DNA of 64,000 nucleotides, from the NCBI GenBank assembly GCA_965215505.1, contig OZ244065.1:736001-800000 (forward strand), given 5' to 3'. This DNA comes from Capsulimonadaceae bacterium (GTDB lineage: Bacteria; Armatimonadota; Armatimonadia; Armatimonadales; Capsulimonadaceae). Of this stretch, positions 1 through 6,218 are shown piece after piece. The position numbers and the translations under genes are program-made. Within the stretch, counting starts at the first letter, position 1. Each line of letters begins with the position of its first letter. The notes under the pieces were generated by a model. The model saw only the letters and a list, made by a program, of their open reading frames with translations. It searched no databases and had not been told where the DNA came from.

Positions 1-292
1 TGCGCGAGTAGGTCAGACCGTTGTCGCGCTTCAGCTTGGCGAGGATGGCGTCTTTGAGGGCGACGGTGCCGGAAGACGGCGTGTATTTGGTGTCCCCTTT
101 CGCCAAAGCGGCGACGGCGGCGTCCTTGACGTTCTGAGGCGTGTCGAAGTCCGGCTCGCCCGCGCCGAAGGAGATGACGTCCTTGCCCTGTGCTTTCAGG
201 GCGTTGGCCTTGGCGGTGATCGCCAGGGTTGGCGAGGGGGCGGCGTGGAGCGCGCGCTGGGACAGCATCCGTTGCTGGGGCGGCGTGATCAT
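1..292 (-). CDS. Class I/II PLP-dependent aminotransferase (aspartate aminotransferase-like), N-terminal part only; runs off the window edge
   Basis: Manual translation from ATG at 292: MITPPQQRMLSQRALHAAPSPTLAITAKANALKAQGKDVISFGAGEPDFDTPQNVKDAAVAALAKGDTKYTPSSG. The GEPDF and KYTPSSG motifs are typical. Not in the ORF track because it is truncated. Confidence 0.92.
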   Translation of the reverse strand, partial: MITPPQQRMLSQRALHAAPSPTLAITAKANALKAQGKDVISFGAGEPDFDTPQNVKDAAVAALAKGDTKYTPSSGTVALKDAILAKLKRDNGLTYSR

Positions 293-351
293 AGGAAGGT
301 TCTCCCGGCTGATAACGGCAGCCGCTCGGTTGCGGCTGGAATGTTGCGGCT

Positions 352-381
352 ATTGTAGCCGACGGGGCGGGGGGAAGTCAA
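352..381 (-). promoter_or_regulatory. sigma70-type promoter for the aminotransferase
   Basis: Minus strand reads TTGACT-N18-TACAAT, about 60 nt upstream of the start codon. Confidence 0.55.
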
Positions 382-412
382 GGCAGGTAGACCCCAGGCG
401 GCAACTCTTGGG

Positions 413-487
413 GTAGGGGCGGCGCTTGCCCCGCCCTCCTTGTAAGGGCGCGGCAAGGAAAGAGGGCGCGGCAAGCAGCGCCCCTAC
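413..487. repeat. Inverted GTAG-type REP pair (REPIN-like)
   Basis: gtaggggcggcgcttgccccgccct (413-437) faces agggcgcggcaagcagcgcccctac (463-487), with a partial copy at 445-457. The right copy contains the stop codon of the phosphoribosyltransferase. Confidence 0.7.
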
Positions 488-1842
488 ACATCTACAGGGA
501 GCAGGGCGGGATTCTCCGCCACCCGCCGCCCGACTTTCGCCAGATCGTGCCACTCGCCGTGGAGTTTGACGCGCACGATGTCGGCCGTGAAGTCGTTGTT
601 CGTGCCGTCCTCGGTCGAGTTGCTGAACAGGTACGAGCCGACGCCGTAGACGTCGGCGGGGACACCGTTGTCCTCGAACTCGCGTATCTTGCGCGGCGTG
701 AAGCCGCCCGTGACGGTGATCTTGACGGCCTTGCAGTAGGCCCGCGCCCGCTCCAGCCACTGGAAGGGGATGTCCCAGCTCTCATAGGCGCGGTCCATCT
801 CGCGGCGCAATGTATAGACTAGGCGCGGGTTGACGCCCTTGTCCAGCCGCCGATCGCCCAAAGGCTCGATGCTCTTGTCCCGGAGGCTACCCGCCGTGTC
901 GGGGCGGACTCCGTAGAGGACGTACTTCTCGGCCTCCTCGTGCTGTCCCTGCCCTACCAGTTCCATGTAGCGCGTGAACAGCGCCTTCATGGTCAAGAGG
1001 CTGTCGCCTACGCAGTCGTTGTTAAAGTCCACCAGGGCGATGCGCGGGATGTGCGGGGGCAGAATGCGGGCGAACTGCAAGACGGTCTCGGCCGTGTCCC
1101 CCAGGAAGCAGGCAATGGCGGCATGGGCGACAGTGCCGCCGCCCGCCCCGCCCCACCAGTCCCCCTGTTCGTCGGTGGAAACCGCACTGGTGACACTATG
1201 GCCCGAGGTCCGGTTAAAAAGCTGCACAGCGATATGGTAAGCGTACCCGTCGCCCGCCTGCACCTCATGGGCGTCGAACCGGGCCGGGAAGAACAAGACC
1301 TCCTTCCCCCGCGCCGCGTGCAGGACCTCATACACGTTGGTCGCGACGCGCGTGTTCCGCGTCAGCGCCCCCAGCGTCGGCGTCTCCAAGGGCGCGAAGT
1401 CCCGGTAGCGCCCGCGCACTTTCAGCACCGGGGTCACCTCGTTCGGGTCGCCGCCGTAGGGGGCGATGAACCCGTCGTGTACCGCCGTCACCTCCAGGGC
1501 GTCATAGGTGGAGACCCACTCGCCCTGCGCGTCGAAGTGGCCGGTGCATTCCCGGAGCATCGCCAGAGCTTTGTCTACACCGACGACTACCGAGAAGGGC
1601 TGGCGGCGCGTGAACCACTGCATCTCGACCTCGATGTCGCCGGTGTGGATGTCATCCAGCGCCAGCCCCTTCTCTTCCAGCGCGGCGTTCTGGCCCGCGA
1701 AGGTGTACCCGTCCCGGACCAGGCCGGTCAGCAGGGTCACGATGTTGTCGAAATACTTGTCCGAGTACCACCCGCGCCGCATCCGCGCCACGTCCAGCTT
1801 GAACGTCTCCGCCCCCAGCCGCTTGCCGTCGAATACGCTCAT
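484..1842 (-). CDS. Nicotinate/nicotinamide phosphoribosyltransferase family protein
   Basis: YSDKYF, ETPTLGALTR..RVATN, FFPARFD, GTVAH (phospho-His position), LVDFNND, GVRPDT and VYGVGS motifs. Likely start MSVFDG at 1842, with an ATGA overlap with the macro gene stop. Confidence 0.88.
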   Translation of the reverse strand: MSVFDGKRLGAETFKLDVARMRRGWYSDKYFDNIVTLLTGLVRDGYTFAGQNAALEEKGLALDDIHTGDIEVEMQWFTRRQPFSVVVGVDKALAMLRECTGHFDAQGEWVSTYDALEVTAVHDGFIAPYGGDPNEVTPVLKVRGRYRDFAPLETPTLGALTRNTRVATNVYEVLHAARGKEVLFFPARFDAHEVQAGDGYAYHIAVQLFNRTSGHSVTSAVSTDEQGDWWGGAGGGTVAHAAIACFLGDTAETVLQFARILPPHIPRIALVDFNNDCVGDSLLTMKALFTRYMELVGQGQHEEAEKYVLYGVRPDTAGSLRDKSIEPLGDRRLDKGVNPRLVYTLRREMDRAYESWDIPFQWLERARAYCKAVKITVTGGFTPRKIREFEDNGVPADVYGVGSYLFSNSTEDGTNNDFTADIVRVKLHGEWHDLAKVGRRVAENPALLPVDV

Positions 1843-2393
1843 TCCATCCCCGCCTCCGCCCGAATCGTGTCCCACGCCGTCGTGAACGCCTGATACTCGG
1901 GTGCCTGATACATGGCGAACACGACGCGCTCCAGCGACGTGTCCGGGTGGCTGTCCAGGTACGATTGCACTGTTCGGAGCGCCGTGGGCGCGGCCTTGTC
2001 CAACGGGTAGCCGTAGATGCCCGTCGAGATGGAGCAGAACGCGATGCTTTTCAGACCCTTCCCCTCCGCCTTCTCCAGACACGACCAGTAGCACGACGCC
2101 AGCCGCTCGGCCTCGTTTGCGTTCCCGCCCTTCCAGACCGGCCCAGCCGTGTGGATGATGTACGGTTGCTTCAGGTTATGCCCGCTCGTCAGCACCGCCG
2201 CCCCCGTCTTGGCCCCATTCGGCGCGGCCTTCTCCAGTTCCGCCATCAGCGCCCGCCCCGCCGCTCGGTGGATCACGCCGTCAATGCCGCCCCCGCCCCG
2301 CATGGCCGTGTTCGCCGCGTTGACGATGGCATCCACGTCCTGGTCCACAACGCTGCCCCGGACGATCTCGATGGTTGTCTTCATTGGTGGCAT
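1839..2393 (-). CDS. Macro domain protein (O-acetyl-ADP-ribose deacetylase / ADP-ribosylhydrolase, YmdB-like)
   Basis: DAIVNAAN..GGGGIDGVIHRAAG, IIHTAGP and SISTGIYGYP motifs. Confidence 0.95.
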   Translation of the reverse strand: MPPMKTTIEIVRGSVVDQDVDAIVNAANTAMRGGGGIDGVIHRAAGRALMAELEKAAPNGAKTGAAVLTSGHNLKQPYIIHTAGPVWKGGNANEAERLASCYWSCLEKAEGKGLKSIAFCSISTGIYGYPLDKAAPTALRTVQSYLDSHPDTSLERVVFAMYQAPEYQAFTTAWDTIRAEAGME

Positions 2394-2397
2394 TCAG

Positions 2398-2847
2398 TCA
2401 TTCCGTTATCTTGAGCAGCTTCAGCTTGGCCTGGACAAAATCCTTGTCCGAGAGGCCACCTTCTTGATGCAGTCTACTGATGCGCTCTAGTTGGGAAATG
2501 AACTCCTCCGCGCTGTTCTGTTCTGGCTGAACTGAGATAGGAGTATCGGGAACAGGTTCCTGATTGGGAGCGCCTGCTATCGCCTTCAACATGGCGACTA
2601 TGTAGACCGGATTCACGGCAGTCACCCGCTCTTTGACTAATCGTGTCGCAGTCAACTCAGTTAATGGCAGGCGCAAGTCATGTGCCGCTTCCACTTCAAC
2701 GCGGCGGATAGGTCGGGCCGTACCCGTACTCTCAGGCTCAACAGTGACATGCTTGCTATCCACTGAGACAACCCGAAAAGGCTTACCAGTTTTTGTCCGC
2801 AAGTTCTGACCTTCTAATTGGCTCACCCGTTCCCATACTGTTGCCAT
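2398..2847 (-). CDS. Hypothetical protein with C-terminal SHOCT-like domain
   Basis: C-terminus QLERISRLHQEGGLSDKDFVQAKLKLL matches the SHOCT pattern. The gene is visibly lower in GC than its neighbours. Confidence 0.7.
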   Translation of the reverse strand: MATVWERVSQLEGQNLRTKTGKPFRVVSVDSKHVTVEPESTGTARPIRRVEVEAAHDLRLPLTELTATRLVKERVTAVNPVYIVAMLKAIAGAPNQEPVPDTPISVQPEQNSAEEFISQLERISRLHQEGGLSDKDFVQAKLKLLKITE

Positions 2848-2929
2848 CTTTTCACATTACCCTTTGGGCTTCAACTAATCCAACGCAGAGGACATTACGC
2901 GCTTCGGGGCTGGCCTGTCGGCCAGGGAA

Positions 2930-3068
2930 CCACGGGTTGAAACCCGAGGCTGACAAAAGCCCAGCGTCCAGGGGACGGAAGAGGCAGAGCCTGATTTCAG
3001 AGGCATCTTGCATTGTCTTGCGTCCCCTGGACGCTGGGAACTTTGGTGCCACGGGTTGAAACCCGTGG
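2930..3068. repeat. REP/REPIN-like composite palindrome
   Basis: Hairpins ccacgggttgaaacccgagg (2930-2949) and ccacgggttgaaacccgtgg (3049-3068) enclose a perfect 18-bp inverted repeat, cccagcgtccaggggacg (2960-2977) / cgtcccctggacgctggg (3021-3038). Confidence 0.8.
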
Positions 3069-3074
3069 ACGTCT

Positions 3075-3605
3075 CTATCCGATCAGCCGCGCAAACGCGG
3101 CTTCGTCCCAGCCGTAGCCGGCGTCGTCGTAGGTGACGCCTTTGATCTCGCGGCGGCCGGTGCGGGCATGCACGCCGCCCAGAGCCTCGTAGAAGCGGCG
3201 GGCGGGGTTGTGGACGTTGACCCAAATCAGCAGGGTCCGGTGGCCGTCCTGAGACATGCGCCGGGCGAAGGTCTGGACGAGGCGGCGGCCCAACCCCCGG
3301 CCCTGGTGGGATTGGAGCAGGTAGAGGCCGTAAATCTCGCTCCGGTAGTCGGGATCGCCCGCCTTCTCCGGGCCGCCCGCGACGAAGCCGACGGTCTCGC
3401 CGCCGTCCGTCTCGGCGACGTAGACCGTCGTTCTGGCGGGGCCGTCGGCGCGCAGGGTTTCGGCCCACATCCGCTCCCGGTCGGTGACGGAGAGGGCGTC
3501 GAGGTGTTCCTGCGGCATGATGCCTGGGTAGGTGGTGCGCCAGCTCTCCACATGCACCCGCGCGATGCCCGCCGCATCTTCGCAAGTGGCTTGCCGGATC
3601 GTCAT
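3075..3605 (-). CDS. GNAT family N-acetyltransferase
   Basis: IRQAT.EDAAGIARVHVESWRTTY, the acetyl-CoA motif QGRGLGRRL, and N.ARRFYEALG. Confidence 0.92.
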   Translation of the reverse strand: MTIRQATCEDAAGIARVHVESWRTTYPGIMPQEHLDALSVTDRERMWAETLRADGPARTTVYVAETDGGETVGFVAGGPEKAGDPDYRSEIYGLYLLQSHQGRGLGRRLVQTFARRMSQDGHRTLLIWVNVHNPARRFYEALGGVHARTGRREIKGVTYDDAGYGWDEAAFARLIG

Positions 3606-3982
3606 TTGTCCGTCTGCTCCGCCATAAAGATTTCAATGACTTCGATGCTGCCGACGATGTTCGCGTTGAACTCGGCCAATTCCTCCGCCGGTATCCAGTA
3701 TTCCTGATGCTCGCGGCTGCCGACGGTCTGCACGGCGTGGCGGCTGAGGTAGTCGGCGTTGACCTCAAAGCGCGTGACGTAGCCGACGGAATCCGAGGCG
3801 GCGTCGCGCGTGTTCCAGTCGCGGGCGATCTGGGCGGCGTACTCTTGGGACAGGACGGGGTAGAAGATCGGCTGGAACGGCAGGCGGGGCGGGAAGGCGG
3901 CCCAGCCGCTCGTCTGGATCAGGTCGAGTTCCTTCTGCCCGACGGGGCGGTAGAGGGTGAGGGTGGCGGGGGCGGTCGGCAT
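3602..3982 (-). CDS. Conserved small hypothetical protein (LYRPVG..FPPRLP.QPIFYPVL..EYA.QIARDWN family, often labelled ADP-ribosylation/crystallin J1-associated)
   Basis: Recognisable conserved motif set (family label from recall). Likely leaderless start at 3982, with TACAAT 6 nt upstream. ATGA overlap with the GNAT gene. Confidence 0.75.
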   Translation of the reverse strand: MPTAPATLTLYRPVGQKELDLIQTSGWAAFPPRLPFQPIFYPVLSQEYAAQIARDWNTRDAASDSVGYVTRFEVNADYLSRHAVQTVGSREHQEYWIPAEELAEFNANIVGSIEVIEIFMAEQTDK

Positions 3983-4020
3983 GGGGGGATTGTACCCGAC
4001 CGGAGAAGCAGAGAGGAGAA

Positions 4021-4043
4021 AGGGGCGCGATTCATCGCGCCCC
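4021..4043. repeat. Single REP-like palindrome
   Basis: aggggcgcgattcatcgcgcccc, just downstream of spoVR. Confidence 0.5.
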
Positions 4044-4060
4044 GACAACGCGGAGGGCGT

Positions 4061-5536
4061 CTAGGCCGGCTCCTTCACCTTGTCCTGCATGACGTAGCCC
4101 TCGTTGTCGCAGGAGAAGAGGATCGGCTTGTCGTCCTTCACCGTCTCCAGGTGGACGGGGCGGCCCCACAACTTCTGGATGTTCCGCAGGACGCGCTCGG
4201 TGTAGTCGGGGTCCAGGGCCTTGCCGTCGAAGGCGTGTTTGAGGTACATCTCGCCCCGGCGCTTGTAGTCGCCGTCCTCGACGGTCAGGATAGGCTGGCC
4301 GAAATTCGTCATCGAGTCCACGATGCTGTCGCGGACGCGCCGCCAGTCTGTGTCCTGGACCACCCACATCTCCTCGCCGTCCACTTCTTCCAGCTTGTAG
4401 GTGTAGAGGTCCAGCTTCTTGACCAGAGGCTCGGTCAGGTACTTGCGGAGGAAGGTCACGTCGTTATCCTCCTCGCAGACCTGGAAGATCTTGGCGCGTC
4501 CCTCCCCGGCGGGGCGGGCGATGGCGCGGCCCATCCAGTCCAGTTCCTCCTCGTCGCCCACCTCGACCGTGCCGTCCCAGCGGCGCTCGATGTCCTTCAA
4601 AATTTGGAAGCCGACATAGTAAGGGTTGATCTGCATCCGCGAGCCGGACGGGGACAGCACGGACGAGTGCAGGCGGCGGAACTCCCAGTGCTCTTCGGAG
4701 GTCAGGTCCAGCGACTCCAAAATCTTCTCGTGCCAGTAGGACGCGAAGCCCTCGTTCATGATTTTGGTCCGCATCTGGGGCAGGAAGTACATCATCTCGT
4801 CGCGGATGATCTGCAAGATGTCCCGCTGCCACTCGGTCAAGGTCCGCCCGTACTCGATCAGGAACCGCAGCAGGTCCTTCTCCGGCTCCTCGGGGAACTT
4901 GCGGGCGCGCGGCTTGTGCCGCTCCCCGCCCCCGGCGACCTCCCAGATGTCGTCGTAGTCGGTCCGGCCCGGCTGCCCGGCGTGGAGGCGGTCGTCCTCG
5001 TGCTGCTCGGGCGTCTTGCGCTTCAGGGAGGGCGAGGTCGGGTCGAAATGCTCCTCGATGGTCATCACCGTGTCCAGGAACTCCTCGACCTCGCGCCAGC
5101 CGAACTCCTGCTCGTACTGCCGGATTCGCTCGGCGTGCAGGCGCATCTGCTCCACCATGCGCCTGTTGGTGTGGGCGAAATAGGTGTTGTGCTTGAAAAA
5201 GTGGCAGTGGCCCAGAACATGCGCGGCGACGAACTTGTGCGAGAGCATGGAGTTGTCTTCGACCAGAAACGCCTGGCAGGGATCGGTGTTGAAGACGATC
5301 TCGTAGATCTTGGACATGCCATACTCATACGAGGTCTTCTGCCGGTGGTAGTCCCGCCCGAAGGTCCAGTGTGAGAAGCGGGCCGGCAGGCCGTAAGCGC
5401 CTAGCTCGTAGATGACATGCTGCGGCACGACCTCAAAATGGGTCGGATACGGGTCCAGGCCGAACTCGCGGGCCTGGTCCCAGATGATCTCCAGCCAGCG
5501 CTCCAGTTCTACTTTCTCGGTCGGCGAAAAGCTCAT
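4061..5536 (-). CDS. spoVR: SpoVR family protein
   Basis: AYGLPARFSHWTFG, SKIYEIVFNTDPC, HVLGHCHFFK, KIMNEGFASYWH and INPYYVG motifs. Start MSFSPT at 5536 (ATGA overlap). Confidence 0.93.
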   Translation of the reverse strand: MSFSPTEKVELERWLEIIWDQAREFGLDPYPTHFEVVPQHVIYELGAYGLPARFSHWTFGRDYHRQKTSYEYGMSKIYEIVFNTDPCQAFLVEDNSMLSHKFVAAHVLGHCHFFKHNTYFAHTNRRMVEQMRLHAERIRQYEQEFGWREVEEFLDTVMTIEEHFDPTSPSLKRKTPEQHEDDRLHAGQPGRTDYDDIWEVAGGGERHKPRARKFPEEPEKDLLRFLIEYGRTLTEWQRDILQIIRDEMMYFLPQMRTKIMNEGFASYWHEKILESLDLTSEEHWEFRRLHSSVLSPSGSRMQINPYYVGFQILKDIERRWDGTVEVGDEEELDWMGRAIARPAGEGRAKIFQVCEEDNDVTFLRKYLTEPLVKKLDLYTYKLEEVDGEEMWVVQDTDWRRVRDSIVDSMTNFGQPILTVEDGDYKRRGEMYLKHAFDGKALDPDYTERVLRNIQKLWGRPVHLETVKDDKPILFSCDNEGYVMQDKVKEPA

Positions 5537-6162
5537 AGTGATATGTTCCCTTGCTGTTCCCGCGCGTCTTGCACCATGAAAACCAGAATGCCGAGGATCA
5601 TTTCCGGCTGGTGGATGTAGTACTCCGTCTCGTCTACGGTCACGTCGGCTCCCCGCAGCCGTAGGAACTTCCACGCGCTGCCGGTGGTGACAGCCCCATA
5701 AATGCAGGGCAGTTCCGTACCCCGGCGGGCGTTGAACCGCTGGGCGGCCAGCATTTCGGCGACGCACTGGCCCAGCCCGGACTTGATGTTGTCGTTTTTG
5801 GCTTCTACCACGGCGACAACGGGCGCCTGCACGACAAGCTGCAACGGCGACAGACTGAATAAGTAGTCGCAGACTCCGCCCAGCCCGACATCAGCGTCCA
5901 CCGTGAAGTCTACGCCGGAGAACAGGCTGATGCTGCCCCTAAAGTGACGCCGCGCCTCAGCCAGCACGGGCGCGATGATGAACTCCGAGCGCGCCTTCTC
6001 CGTGCTGATGTCCAAGGCCAGAGGGACCGAGTCGGCCAAAGTCTCCCGCAGAAGGGCGCTGGGGACGACCGGCATGGCCCGCGCGAAGACGTCCGTCTCA
6101 GACACCACATGCAGGCCGAACTGCTGGATGAGCATGTCTAACGTGAAGTTGTTGTAAGCCAT
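5533..6162 (-). CDS. PD-(D/E)XK-like hypothetical protein (HSDR_N-like family common in cyanobacteria/Chloroflexi)
   Basis: MAYNNFT, SEKARSEFIIAPVL-like segment, G.CDY, VVEAKNDNI..GLGQC.AEM and YGAVTTGSAWKFL. Confidence 0.8.
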   Translation of the reverse strand: MAYNNFTLDMLIQQFGLHVVSETDVFARAMPVVPSALLRETLADSVPLALDISTEKARSEFIIAPVLAEARRHFRGSISLFSGVDFTVDADVGLGGVCDYLFSLSPLQLVVQAPVVAVVEAKNDNIKSGLGQCVAEMLAAQRFNARRGTELPCIYGAVTTGSAWKFLRLRGADVTVDETEYYIHQPEMILGILVFMVQDAREQQGNISL

Positions 6163-6218
6163 GCGAATTCCCGTCCCTTAGTTCTGTTACCCGTCTGGAA
6201 CCCCGTGTGGTTCCCCGC

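Noticed and set aside
3707..5374. Long plus-strand ORF (555 aa), and similar ORFs at 16162-17721, 48553-50328, 51758-54019 and 55376-57127
   Set aside because: They are antisense shadows of well-supported genes in high-GC DNA and have no recognisable motifs.
4061..5536. Evidence of sporulation
   Set aside because: SpoVR-family genes are widespread in non-sporulating bacteria, and no other spo genes are present.
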